Source: Candidatus Hydrogenedentota bacterium (lineage in GTDB: Bacteria > Hydrogenedentota > Hydrogenedentia > Hydrogenedentales > JAEUWI01). From it: DNA of 64,000 nt. The stretch is taken from positions 185,613 to 249,612 of the forward strand of contig JAXMOL010000003.1 in NCBI GenBank assembly GCA_034669905.1, in the 5' to 3' direction. The stretch's first letter is position 1. Each line of letters opens with the position of its first letter. A program made the position numbers and the translations under genes. The notes below the pieces were generated by a model, which worked only from the letters and a program-made list of their open reading frames with translations, had not been told where the DNA came from and searched no databases. Below, in pieces: positions 26,599-36,585 of the stretch.

Positions 26599-26651
26599 CG
26601 GAATTGCGAAATCGATTATCAACTGTGCGCCGCACAGGGAGTATATAGACC

Positions 26652-28088
26652 ATGGGTCATCACAAACCGACCGCAGATGATTTTGTTTTGAACCGCCGCG
26701 ATTTTCTCAAGCGGACGGGCATGGGCTTCGGCGCCATGGGCCTGGCTTCGACCCTGCTCCAAGGCGGAGAGGCCTACGGGGCCATCAATCCCACGGCCCC
26801 GAAGACGCCCCACTTTGAGGGCAAGGCCAAACGGGTGGTCCACATTTTTCACAACGGTGGCCTGTCGCAGGTAGACTCCTTCGACCCCAAGCCCATGCTG
26901 AGCAAGTATGCGGGCCAGGATTTGCCCAATATGAACCTGCGCACGGAACGGCCCACCGGTGCGGCACTGGGTTCGCCCTTTGAATTCAAAGAGCACGGCG
27001 AAAGCCGCATTCCCGTGAGCAGCCTTTTTCCCCACATCGCCGAAAACGTGGACGATATGTGTATCGTCCGCTCCATGTATGCCGACGTGCCCAACCACGA
27101 GCCTTCCCTCTTGCTGATGAACTGCGGCGACGCCCGCCAGATTCGTCCGAGCATGGGTTCCTGGGTGACCTACGGACTCGGCACGGAGAATCAAAATCTG
27201 CCGGGATTTATTTCCATGTGCCCCAAGGGCTATCCCATCCAGGAGTCCCAAAACTGGCAGTCCGGATTTCTTCCCGGCGTGTATCAGGGGACCTATGTGG
27301 ACACCCAGCACACGGAAATGGAAAAGCTTATTGCCCACATCGACAACAACTATCAGAACACCAAATCCCAACGCGCCCAGCTCGATCTCTTGAGTGAGTT
27401 GAATCACCGCCATATCGAAGCGCGGAATCACGACAGCGATTTGGAATCCCGTCTTCAGTCTTTCGAGTTGGCCTACCGCATGCAGATTGACGCGACCGAT
27501 GCGTTTGATGTGACCCGCGAGCCCGCCTATATCCGCGAGATGTACGGACCCGGTGTTCATGGGCGTCAATGTCTTATTACCCGCCGCCTGTTGGAGCGGG
27601 GTGTGCGTTTTATCCAATTGTGGCACGGCGCCGGCCAGCCCTGGGACAGTCACGACGACATTGAAGAGCGCCATGGCAAGCTGGCGAAAGAGTGCGATCA
27701 GGGCATTGGCGCGCTGTTGAAGGATCTCAAGCAGCGGGGCATGCTGGAAGATACGCTCGTGGTGTGTAGCGGTGAATTTGGCCGCACACCCACGGTGGAA
27801 TTGCCCAAGCCCGGTTCGAACGCCGGTAAGATCAACGGCCGCGATCACAACCACTATGGCTTTACCTGCTGGATGGCCGGTGGCGGCGTGAAGGGCGGCC
27901 ACATCCATGGCGCGACCGATGACTTCGGGTATCAGGCCGTGGAAAACCGGGTGCACGTCCATGATCTGCACGCCACCATGTTGCATTTGCTGGGCTTCAA
28001 CCACGAGCAATTGACCTACCGCTACGCCGGTCGGGATTTCCGCCTGACCGATGTGCACGGGAATGTGGTCCACGACATCGTGGCGTAG
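26652..28088 (+). CDS. DUF1501 domain protein (Tat signal)
   Basis: NRRDFL, AKRVVHIFHNGGLSQVDSFDPKP, GEFGRTP, GRDHN. Confidence 0.93.
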   Translation: MGHHKPTADDFVLNRRDFLKRTGMGFGAMGLASTLLQGGEAYGAINPTAPKTPHFEGKAKRVVHIFHNGGLSQVDSFDPKPMLSKYAGQDLPNMNLRTERPTGAALGSPFEFKEHGESRIPVSSLFPHIAENVDDMCIVRSMYADVPNHEPSLLLMNCGDARQIRPSMGSWVTYGLGTENQNLPGFISMCPKGYPIQESQNWQSGFLPGVYQGTYVDTQHTEMEKLIAHIDNNYQNTKSQRAQLDLLSELNHRHIEARNHDSDLESRLQSFELAYRMQIDATDAFDVTREPAYIREMYGPGVHGRQCLITRRLLERGVRFIQLWHGAGQPWDSHDDIEERHGKLAKECDQGIGALLKDLKQRGMLEDTLVVCSGEFGRTPTVELPKPGSNAGKINGRDHNHYGFTCWMAGGGVKGGHIHGATDDFGYQAVENRVHVHDLHATMLHLLGFNHEQLTYRYAGRDFRLTDVHGNVVHDIVA

Positions 28089-28099
28089 AAGCTGAGTCG

Positions 28100-28555
28100 C
28101 TACCACGGAAGTTGGTCTCGTTCACACGGTGTCACGAGCGAGAGATCGTCATTCCCGCGAAGGCGGGAATCCAGCAAGTCTTTTCGCCGCCGTTTCCACG
28201 TTTCTGGATCCCCGCCTCCGCGGGGATGACGGCATCATCGAATCTGGTCTCGTTCCCACGGTCCTCCGTGGGAATGCCCGCCTTGCCGCTCCAGCGGCAA
28301 TTCGCCGCAGGCGAAGGGTGGAACGGTGAGCGTGCTCCTGCGCGGGCACCGGGCTTCGCACCTATTCGCTTCCGGGGGACCGGAAGGGTAGTGCGTAACA
28401 CCGGGGGACCGGTGGCACGCGCGAGAGATCGTCATTCCCGCGGAGGCGGGAATCCAGCAGGTATTCTCGCCGCCGTTGCCGCGATTCTGGATCCCCGCCT
28501 CCGCGGGGATGACGGCATCACCGAATCAGGTCTCGTTCCCACGGTGTCACGCGCG
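28100..28555. repeat. mosaic (BIME-like) repeat cluster
   Basis: Truncated ctaccacggaag, then two gtcattcccgcg(a/g)aggcgggaatcc..ggatccccgcctccgcggggatgac doublets (283-nt period) alternating with ggtctcgttc(a/c)cacgg units. Confidence 0.9.
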
Positions 28556-28677
28556 CGTTGGGATGCCCCTTCGTGTGCGGGGCGCTCGACGGGCATGCTA
28601 TGCTATGCGCATAAATGGGCGCACTGGTAGATGAATCGCAACGAACCCGTGAATGACATGCAGGAGTGGTAGTGTTT

Positions 28678-29490
28678 ATGGAGCAGCAACAGGACGAAGT
28701 TTGGGCGCGGGTACGTGTGGAGGCGGCGGAGGAGGTCCAGAGTGAGCCTATGCTGGCGAGCTTCATCTATTCCATTATCCTCAATCACAAGTCGCTGGAA
28801 GACGCCCTGAGCTTCCAGCTCGCGGGTAAGTTGGAAAGCCATACGCTGACAGCCGTTACGCTACGCGACCTCATCGACGAGGCCTTTCGCAACGACCCCA
28901 ATATCGGTGCGGGGATTCGTGCGGATATGGTGGCCGTGTGTGACCGGGACGCCGCGTGCAACAAATACTCCACCCCCCTCCTCTATTTTAAAGGCTACCA
29001 GGCGATTCAGGCCTATCGGGTGGCCCATTATTACTGGAACCAAGACCGTCACGAACTGGCGCTTTTTCTCCAGAGCCGCATTTCCGAGGTCTTCGCCGTC
29101 GACATTCACCCGGCCGCACGCATCGGTCACGGTATTCTGATGGACCACGCCACAAGCGTCGTTATTGGCGAGACGGCGGTCGTGGAAGACAACGTGTCCA
29201 TGCTCCACGAGGTGACGCTCGGCGGTACGGGCAAGACCCATGGGGACCGCCATCCCAAGGTGCGCCACGGGGTGCTGATTGCCGCAGGGGCCAAGATTCT
29301 GGGCAACGTGGAAATTGGTGAAGGCGCCAAGGTCGGCGGCGGTGCGGTGGTCTTGAACGACGTGCCGCCCCATACCACCGTGGTGGGTGTGCCGGCGAAG
29401 CCTGTGTGCCACACCAAGGAAGAACAGCCAGCCCTGGAGATGAACCATCGCATCGACGAAGATAACTTTGTCGCCGGGGATGGCATTTAA
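28678..29490 (+). CDS. cysE: serine O-acetyltransferase
   Basis: EPMLAS, LLYFKGY, VDIHPAARIG, DHATSVVIGETA, TLGGTGK..GDRHPK. Confidence 0.96.
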   Translation: MEQQQDEVWARVRVEAAEEVQSEPMLASFIYSIILNHKSLEDALSFQLAGKLESHTLTAVTLRDLIDEAFRNDPNIGAGIRADMVAVCDRDAACNKYSTPLLYFKGYQAIQAYRVAHYYWNQDRHELALFLQSRISEVFAVDIHPAARIGHGILMDHATSVVIGETAVVEDNVSMLHEVTLGGTGKTHGDRHPKVRHGVLIAAGAKILGNVEIGEGAKVGGGAVVLNDVPPHTTVVGVPAKPVCHTKEEQPALEMNHRIDEDNFVAGDGI

Positions 29491-29807
29491 ATAGGCGAAG
29501 ATTCATCTCGGACATTTTCGACGTCATTCGGTTGCTGTCTTAAAGATTTGGCCCGAGGCAGGCGGGCCGCCTGCGCTCCCAATGGGTACAAAGGTTGCTT
29601 TGAGCGGTAGTGGCCAAGCCGTCGGTACGTTGGCCTTTTGCAGGCGCTTGCGTACGCTGTCGTAACGAACGAGTTGGATTTGATCCAGGTCTGCCTTCGC
29701 TCATATTGAGGTTTGATTTGAATAGCTGAGTTGTTGTTCTTATTGGCGCAGCACATTCACTGCCGTGGCCCCGTGTTGGCACGTCCTATCGGTGCGTCTA
29801 CGTAGGT

Positions 29808-30026
29808 CAATGGAACGGGCTTTCAGCCCTCAAGCAATTTATTGGTCCAAAACATGGGGCGTTGCCCCATGCTGATATGCCATTGGGCCGTTGGCCCTGC
29901 AGAATGTATCCGCAATGTTTCAAAGTTCCCCTCCATAGCGCCAAAGGCGCGACACATACCAGCCTGGGGCGAAGCCCCAGGAAACCAAGGGTTTTCTACG
30001 ATAAGGGCTGAAAGTCCGGCCCATTG
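29808..30026. repeat. composite REP element, GGGCTGAAAGCCC family
   Basis: caatggaacgggctttcagccct ... catggggcgttgccccatg ... cctggggcgaagccccagg ... agggctgaaagtccggcccattg. Confidence 0.9.
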
Positions 30027-30063
30027 TAGGTGTCAAAAACGCTCTTAATTGCAGGTCACACGA

Positions 30064-31449
30064 CTAAAGCAGGGGCGACACCAGCTTGCAGAGCCCCTCG
30101 ATCCAGTCGTTGGTGAGGTTCGCCGGTGCGGGGTGCCATTCATCCGATTGGGCGCCGACATCCTCAATCCATTGGGCGATGGCCTGGATTTCTTCCGGAC
30201 TGTAGTGGAAGAGGGCGATCTCAAAGTTGAGATACATGCTCCGCATATCGAGGTTGGGGGAACCGGTAACGGCGAGCACATCGTCAAAGACCATGAGCTT
30301 GGCGTGTATCATCCCCTTGGGGTAGGTCTCGATCCGTGCGCCGGCGCGGTGCAGGCGGCGTAGTGCCGGGCGACGGGCCCAATCGGGGATGCGGTGATTG
30401 GAGACTTTCGGCAGCACAATGCGGACATCCCGTCCCATACGTGCCTGGAGGCACAGGGACTTCAGCAGCGGTTCATCGGGCACGAAATAGGGCGTCACAA
30501 TCCAGACCCGATCCTTGACATCCATGATGGCGCAGACGAGGGCGTCGTGCATGATGTCATCGGGTAGGTCCGGGCCGCTGGCCGCCACCTGAACGATGCG
30601 GTTGGACGCCGTTTCGGGCAGGGCTTCATTCAGGGGTTCCAGTTCCTGGTCGGTGGCGAAATGCCAGTCGCTACGGAAGATATCCTGGATGTCCTGCACC
30701 GCAGGCCCTTTCAGGAAGACACTCGCGTCGAGAAAGCGCTCCGCCTTGGGTGTGGGTCCCATGAAGAAGGTGCTCAGGTTCATGCCGCCGATCATGGCCG
30801 CGTGTTCATCCACCACCACGAGCTTGCGGTGGTTGCGGAGGTTGGCCGACCAGCGACGGCGCACGGGAATTACAGGCAGGAAATGGCCCACCTCACCACC
30901 GGCCGCTACCAGGGGGCGCACGAACCCACGACGGGTCCACAAGGATCCGAGGCTGTCGAGTAAGAGGCGAACCTTCACGCCCTCCCGCGCCTTTTTCGCC
31001 AGGACCTCCACGATAGCCCGGCCCACTTCGTCGTGGCCGAGGATGAACGTGGTGATATGGATGGATTCTTTCGCGCCTTCCAAGAGGGCCACCAATTCAT
31101 GAAAGGCATCCTCACCATTGAAATGCAGGGTGATGGTATGTCCGCCCCGGGGTGCGGGCATGATCCCCGAGCGGAGCGCCCGGTCGGCCAGGCAAAGGGG
31201 CGGGATGGTGGAGGGAAAGGGGGCCGTTTCTTCGGCGTAGAGTTCCGTCTTTACCCGGCGTACCTGCTTGATCTTGCGGCCACCGAAGAGGAGGTAAAGG
31301 GGGACGCCTACGTAAGGGATTAAGACAATGGCCAGTGCCCACGCCATGGTGCCGCCCGGCTGCCGGTGCTTCCGCAAGACGTCGGTCAGCAACAGGAAGG
31401 CGAGGAGGAAGCCCGATACCGCCACAAAGTGCTCAAAGATATATACCAC
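30064..31449 (-). CDS. cls: cardiolipin synthase (phospholipase D family)
   Basis: Two HKD motifs (NHRKLVVVD, IHAKLMVFD) and an N-terminal membrane hairpin (AWALAIVLIPYVGVPLYLLFG). Start estimated at GTG 31449. Confidence 0.9.
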   Translation of the reverse strand: MVYIFEHFVAVSGFLLAFLLLTDVLRKHRQPGGTMAWALAIVLIPYVGVPLYLLFGGRKIKQVRRVKTELYAEETAPFPSTIPPLCLADRALRSGIMPAPRGGHTITLHFNGEDAFHELVALLEGAKESIHITTFILGHDEVGRAIVEVLAKKAREGVKVRLLLDSLGSLWTRRGFVRPLVAAGGEVGHFLPVIPVRRRWSANLRNHRKLVVVDEHAAMIGGMNLSTFFMGPTPKAERFLDASVFLKGPAVQDIQDIFRSDWHFATDQELEPLNEALPETASNRIVQVAASGPDLPDDIMHDALVCAIMDVKDRVWIVTPYFVPDEPLLKSLCLQARMGRDVRIVLPKVSNHRIPDWARRPALRRLHRAGARIETYPKGMIHAKLMVFDDVLAVTGSPNLDMRSMYLNFEIALFHYSPEEIQAIAQWIEDVGAQSDEWHPAPANLTNDWIEGLCKLVSPLL

Positions 31450-31726
31450 GTAGACCCATCTTTCTGGCCGACCTTGGGTCGCCCGCCACCCTTCAGTGTA
31501 GCGAGCGCCGGGCGCGTGGCTCAACTGTTTGGGGTGGCACGGGATCCCGGGGAAAGTGAATCGGGTGGCGCGACCAGGTTCTCCTGTTCCCAAATGCGCG
31601 GAAGGAACGACTTGAAGCCGTGTGAGTGAGAAGCGCACCTCCCGACTTGCTTCCTGTAAACCCAAGAACGCCCCCTCTGGCACCGGGTGCGGGAGGGGGC
31701 GTTGCGTCATTGGATTTGCGGTGCGC

Positions 31727-33460
31727 CTATTCGTCCTTCGGCTGAAGAATGAGATAGGCCGGAAGGCCGAGTACGTCAAAGTGCTCGACGATTTCCTTGG
31801 CGGGGGACTGATCCATCCGCTCGGCCTGGTACTTGATCTTCACGAAGGATTCCATCTTTTCTACGACCGCTTCGTCTTTGAGGGTCGTATCATCCATGAC
31901 GAGGCAGTTCTTACACCAGGTGGCCCAGAAATCCAGGAGGACGGGCTTGCCGGTGGCCTTGGCTTCGGCGAGGCCCTCTTCCAGGCTCGTGTACCAGCCA
32001 TCGTGTTCGCCCACGTCGACGGTCGTGTCCACCCGCATGAGGCTGAAGGCCAGGTAGCCATAGTAGGCCGCGAAGGCGATGATGAATACGCCGAAGGCCT
32101 GTTTTACACGGACCATCCACATGCCCGGCTTCGGCAGCACCGAAAGGCCCGCACCCACGAGGGGCCAGGGCAGGGCCATGCCCACGCCGAGAAGGAAGGG
32201 CAGGGCCAGGGCGAAGGTATTGCCCTGGCTGTAGCTGTCCTGCGCGAAAAGGATGGTGGAAATGACCACAGGCGCCACACAGGCACCGGCGAGCAGGGCA
32301 GAGACACAGCCCATACCAAAGGCGACGAGAAAGCTTCCGTTCTCGTTTTTCTTGATGCCCAGTTTGGTCTGGTACCGGGTGAAGTCGATATGAATGATGT
32401 CGAACATGGCCAGGCCGAGGACCACGAAGAGCAGGGCAATGAGGCCGTTGAACCAGGGCGTGGCATTGATGGTGCCAAAGGCGCTGGCGAAGCTCAGCAT
32501 GACGGCCAGACCGAGGAGGCCATAGACCAGGGAAATGCCGATACCATAGGCGCTGCCCAGGGCAAAGCCCCGTCCCCGCGATCCGGCTTTGGTACCTGCG
32601 CCGATAATGGCGATGTTAACGGGGATGAGGGGGAGCACGCAGGGCGTAAGATTGAGGGCCAGGCCACCCACCACAATGAGCAGGAGGATAAGTCCCCAAC
32701 TCTTGTTGGCAAAGACGCTGTCGTCCGTGTCCGATATTTCCCCGGTGAGTCCCTGTTCGAGAAACGCGACAAACGCATCACTGTCTTCATAGCCCGTGCG
32801 GCCGATTACCGTGAAGTCTTCCGCCAGGCTTTTCCAGTCGCCGGTCGCCGGCTTGGCCATTGCTTCTTCGGTGGCTTCAGGCGCCGTCGTTTCCATGGCA
32901 GGCGTTTCCGTGGTGGCGTCATCGGCGGTATCGCCGGGCCACGCCACCGAAGCAAAGAGGTCGGGGTTCACCGCCGTCTGGTCGTCGCCCACGGTGAGGG
33001 TGAACGTCATGTCCAGATTGTCGGGCGGCATGCACTGTTTGTCATCGCAGGCCTGATACCGGAGTGTGCCATTGACCGTCAGTTCGCCTGCGGGCGCATC
33101 CGCAGCAATGGCCAGCAGCAGGCCGATGTTGAATTCGTGCTCATAGACCGCCAGTTCATCTTCCAACACCTTAAAGAGTTTATGCTCCGGATAGACGGCT
33201 TCTGTCAGGCTCACGGCCCCATCTTCTTCCAGCGAGATTTCCGTGGGGATGAGGAATTTGTCCAGGGGCTTATGGGCGTTCACGTGCCAGCCATCGCCCA
33301 GACTGAAAGAAGCCACGGCGCGCACCGTGCTGCCCGGCGTAACCTGGGCCGTCTCGGCGGTAACGGTGTATTTCACATCGGGGCCTTGCGCCGGGGCCAG
33401 GGCTGTCGCCAGCAGGGCGAACATGGGGATGAGGTATCGGTAACAGGACCCAAGTTGCAT
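31727..33460 (-). CDS. dsbD: thiol:disulfide interchange protein DsbD
   Basis: All three cysteine pairs present: YQACDDKQC, TPCVLP/ACVAP, WATWCKNC. Confidence 0.9.
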   Translation of the reverse strand: MQLGSCYRYLIPMFALLATALAPAQGPDVKYTVTAETAQVTPGSTVRAVASFSLGDGWHVNAHKPLDKFLIPTEISLEEDGAVSLTEAVYPEHKLFKVLEDELAVYEHEFNIGLLLAIAADAPAGELTVNGTLRYQACDDKQCMPPDNLDMTFTLTVGDDQTAVNPDLFASVAWPGDTADDATTETPAMETTAPEATEEAMAKPATGDWKSLAEDFTVIGRTGYEDSDAFVAFLEQGLTGEISDTDDSVFANKSWGLILLLIVVGGLALNLTPCVLPLIPVNIAIIGAGTKAGSRGRGFALGSAYGIGISLVYGLLGLAVMLSFASAFGTINATPWFNGLIALLFVVLGLAMFDIIHIDFTRYQTKLGIKKNENGSFLVAFGMGCVSALLAGACVAPVVISTILFAQDSYSQGNTFALALPFLLGVGMALPWPLVGAGLSVLPKPGMWMVRVKQAFGVFIIAFAAYYGYLAFSLMRVDTTVDVGEHDGWYTSLEEGLAEAKATGKPVLLDFWATWCKNCLVMDDTTLKDEAVVEKMESFVKIKYQAERMDQSPAKEIVEHFDVLGLPAYLILQPKDE

Positions 33461-33717
33461 GAGGGGGTACTCCTTTTTCAGAGATGAACGAGAGGTGGTG
33501 TCGCTTAGAGAAAAGCGACCGTAATGCGTTGGATAGGTGAGGGGGGTGGGGAAGGGTGCTCAGCCAAGTCCCACGCCAACGGCCTCACTCACCGACAGGG
33601 GTATATTCGCCCTTCTCTGCGGATCATGTCAATCGCGCACGCAGGTGGCCCCCTTGGATGAAAGGTCCAAGAGCAATTACGGGAGCTATTGGAAGCCGCA
33701 GGCGTCTGTGCCAACGA

Positions 33718-33936
33718 CAATGGACCGGACTTTCAGCCCTTACTGTAAATAACCTTGATTTCCAGGGGCTTCGCCCCAAACTGGTATGTTTCGCGCCCTT
33801 GGCGCTATGGAAGTGGACTGGGTAGCACCGCGGCGAACGCTTGTAGGGCCAACGGTCCGGTCGTATATCAGCATGGGGTAACGCCCCATGTATTGGGGGC
33901 AATAAACTCGTTAAGGGCTGAAAGCCTGCTCCATCG
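33718..33936. repeat. composite REP element, GGGCTGAAAGCCC family (inverted relative to the 29.8 and 45.5 kb copies)
   Basis: caatggaccggactttcagccct ... agggctgaaagcctgctccatcg. Confidence 0.88.
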
Positions 33937-34056
33937 CCCTTCGCAAACTTGCCGAAACGCGGCGGCGATACGGTTTTCCAGCAGTGAACGTCCTGCACCA
34001 ATTCAAAAACAGTCCGCCTGCTGACATCAAACCATTACCCAATTGTAATGCCGCAT

Positions 34057-35022
34057 TCAGGTGTCGGAATGGGCAAACTTCATCCATCCATCACTTAGGG
34101 CATCCATGCTAATCACCGCGCTTTGGAGGCGGACACGACAGTCCGGATTCCCATCAAAATGAAAGTCCGGCGTGCCAACAGGTGCCGGGAGCTCTACATG
34201 TCCCCGCGCTCCCCGGATGACGGTCGGGCGGAGTGCTTGTCCCGGCATGCGGGTCGTCAGCGTAATTTTGAGGTCATTCGCGTGTATGGCGGAAAAGGAA
34301 AGGGCGTCCGGTGTTTCCCGGGTTTCTGAGGCAAAGACGCCACCGAGCAACGTGGACGCCGTCAACTGGTCAATCTGAAAATGGTGGACGAGGGGATAGA
34401 GGGCAGAGAAGAGGGCATTTGCCGCGTCACCCCGACTCCCTGGGTGTTGGTGAGACCAGTGGCCCTCCGGTCGGTCCATGGTCACCGGTACGTCGGCCTG
34501 TATCCACCGGGGTGTCCCGGCCTGTGCTTCTCGTAGCATCCGGGCACCCATCGCCCAATGGTGGTCCATGACGTGGTCAGAGAGCAGGTGGAGACGCTCC
34601 GGGTAGTCCGCGGCACAGCGTGCGATGATGTGGGCGTGGTCTTGACTCGGCGCGAGGGCCGGAACACCATAGACCCTTTTTCCCGCTGCGAGGGCCGCTT
34701 CCGTGATGGGCGCCTGAAGAAAATCGGGGGTGGCCACCACCAGCGTGTCCAACGAGGCGTCGGCTACCAGTGATTCCCATCGGGTGTGGCCCGCTACGCC
34801 CCGGGGCAACCTTGCCAAGGTGCTCGTGTCGACATCGGCGACGGCTATAATTTCGCCGTGGGCCGTGTGGGCGAGCAACGACGTGCCCACCGCGCCATAG
34901 CCCACCAGTCCGATTTTCGGGGTCGGGGAGGCGTGGCTCCGGGAGGCGAAGGTGGCGAGGCCGGTGGCGGTGGTCGCAAGAAAGGAGCGGCGCGTGAGCG
35001 CGACGGTATTGTGATGTTTCAT
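34057..35022 (-). CDS. divergent Gfo/Idh/MocA-like protein, Tat signal
   Basis: TRRSFL, GLVGYGAVG, VVATPD. The EKP motif is replaced (GKRVYGVP). Confidence 0.8.
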   Translation of the reverse strand: MKHHNTVALTRRSFLATTATGLATFASRSHASPTPKIGLVGYGAVGTSLLAHTAHGEIIAVADVDTSTLARLPRGVAGHTRWESLVADASLDTLVVATPDFLQAPITEAALAAGKRVYGVPALAPSQDHAHIIARCAADYPERLHLLSDHVMDHHWAMGARMLREAQAGTPRWIQADVPVTMDRPEGHWSHQHPGSRGDAANALFSALYPLVHHFQIDQLTASTLLGGVFASETRETPDALSFSAIHANDLKITLTTRMPGQALRPTVIRGARGHVELPAPVGTPDFHFDGNPDCRVRLQSAVISMDALSDGWMKFAHSDT

Positions 35023-35138
35023 GGGAACCCTTTATGCTGCGTGGTAGTTAGAACTACAGCATGCCGTGTTGCTTTCGGCCATTGCAACTACATGGTGTGC
35101 TTCGAAGCCGCAAAGCACAGCTGCCCGGGAGAATACCT

Positions 35139-35327
35139 ATGCCCTATGTAAACGTCCGCATCACCAAGACCGGGGTCACCCGGGAACAAAAGGCCCAGAT
35201 CGTAGAAGAGATCACGGCGACGCTCCAGCGGGTGCTCAATAAGAAGCCAGAAAATACCCACATCGTCATTGACGAAGTGGAGCTGGAAAACTGGGGCTAC
35301 GGTGGAAAGCTGACTTCCGATCGTTAG
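35139..35327 (+). CDS. 4-oxalocrotonate tautomerase family protein
   Basis: N-terminal Pro (MPYVNVRI), TREQK, VIDEVELENWGYGG. GGAG RBS. Confidence 0.92.
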   Translation: MPYVNVRITKTGVTREQKAQIVEEITATLQRVLNKKPENTHIVIDEVELENWGYGGKLTSDR

Positions 35328-35450
35328 TTCACCAGGTTAACGCTCGCGAGACTGCCTTGCACCACTTCTTCCATAACTGGACAACCAACGCGCCGCCCGA
35401 CTCAGAGCGTCGAGCGGCGTGTTATTTATGGGATGTGCCGAATCGTGGGG

Positions 35451-36101
35451 TTAGCCCCGGCGGCGGGTTCGTGCAGTCAGGCCGACCACCCCCATGGCAA
35501 GCAAACTCAGGGTGCCAGGTTCGGGGACGGGATTGGTGGTAAATCCACTCACCTCCACATCCGAAAGCGTACCACCCGATGCGGTCAATGTCATCTGCCA
35601 GTCCGCGTGATCAACGTTACCATGAAGTGCGTCGAACGTGGTGAATCCCATCAGGGCCTCTGTGGTGTCCATAAGGAATTCTCCAATGGCGATTCTATAG
35701 TTTCCCCCAGACGTGAATGTGTAGGAAAGATAAGAGTCGTAAAAATGGATGCTCCCATCTCCAAACGTTGAAACACTGTCATCATTAGATGCCAGTTCCG
35801 TATCCGTAGAAGAGAATAGGCGCAAATAGCTGTCCATGTACGTGAACTCACCATCACCGTTCAAGTCGACGTCGATACCGCTCAGATCAGTGATGTCGTT
35901 TTCTCTTGCCAGCACATCGAATACGACCGTGGTGCCCGCCGTAACACTAAAGGTAACATAGTTGACCGATATTTCTCCTGCGAATCCATCGCCATCGAAG
36001 TCGCCTTCATAAACGGTTCCGTCAACGGTGATGGCACCCGCAGTACTTGCGAGAGCCGAGATTCCAATTGCGATAATGGTAAGAGCAAATTTCTTGTTCA
36101 T
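35451..36101 (-). CDS. PEP-CTERM protein with DVUA0089/PPC-like domain
   Basis: Signal peptide, DSYLRLF..LASNDD..DSYLS..G.Y.IAIG, C-terminal VPEPGTLSLLAMGVVGLTARTRRR. AGGAG RBS. Confidence 0.9.
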   Translation of the reverse strand: MNKKFALTIIAIGISALASTAGAITVDGTVYEGDFDGDGFAGEISVNYVTFSVTAGTTVVFDVLARENDITDLSGIDVDLNGDGEFTYMDSYLRLFSSTDTELASNDDSVSTFGDGSIHFYDSYLSYTFTSGGNYRIAIGEFLMDTTEALMGFTTFDALHGNVDHADWQMTLTASGGTLSDVEVSGFTTNPVPEPGTLSLLAMGVVGLTARTRRRG

Positions 36102-36570
36102 GTTGTTTCTCCTGAAGGTGCCTGAAAGCACGCGTTAAGTCATTGATGGCCTTGGAGCCGAAATCGAAAGGACGGTACTTCGCAAACTGCCGTGTTTTTC
36201 GATAGCGATTGCATTCTTAGCTTGTCAGGCTAGCGCTACCTGCCCTCGTGGGCAGGCCCCGTCCGGGCTAAGCGATCGCGACTGTGGTAGGCTGTGTCCG
36301 CCATCAAGATGCTGTAGTATCGCTGAGGTACTACATCGCATATCCATATGTAATAGGATCCTATAAACAAAGTCTGGAATTGCCCATTTAACCCCTTTCG
36401 TGCTCCATTCCATTTTTGCGCTTGCACGAAAAGAGCACACCGACCAAGTCGGTTACGAACGCCGCACAACGATCGAAGCGCGATGGAATGCCTCAATTCA
36501 ACCCATGCGTATCCGCCTCGACGGTGTGTCGTGGTCTGAGACACACTCTCGTTCTCCCATCGGAATGCTA

Positions 36571-36585
36571 GCAAGCTACATGCCA
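36571..36585 (-). promoter_or_regulatory. candidate sigma54 promoter
   Basis: Minus strand TGGCATGTAGCTTGC (GG-N10-GC), pointing at the PEP-CTERM gene about 470 nt away. Confidence 0.4.

Noticed and set aside
28100..28555. Possible CRISPR array
   Set aside because: Only 2-3 units, long palindromic modules, non-unique spacers and no cas genes.
28112..28630. 172-aa ORF and similar ORFs at 15943-16275, 20828-21238, 29842-30048, 33556-34024 and 59297-59662
   Set aside because: They are translations of REP palindromes (e.g. VIPAKAGIQ).
31450..31779. N-terminal extensions in the ORF track (cls, also katG 4273, fbaA 42827, GT2 49531, methyltransferase 22126)
   Set aside because: They overlap neighbours or lack homology-like sequence; downstream starts fit better, mostly with clear RBSs.
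33555..33595. Structured leader or riboswitch upstream of dsbD
   Set aside because: A hairpin is possible, but it matches no riboswitch consensus I recognise.
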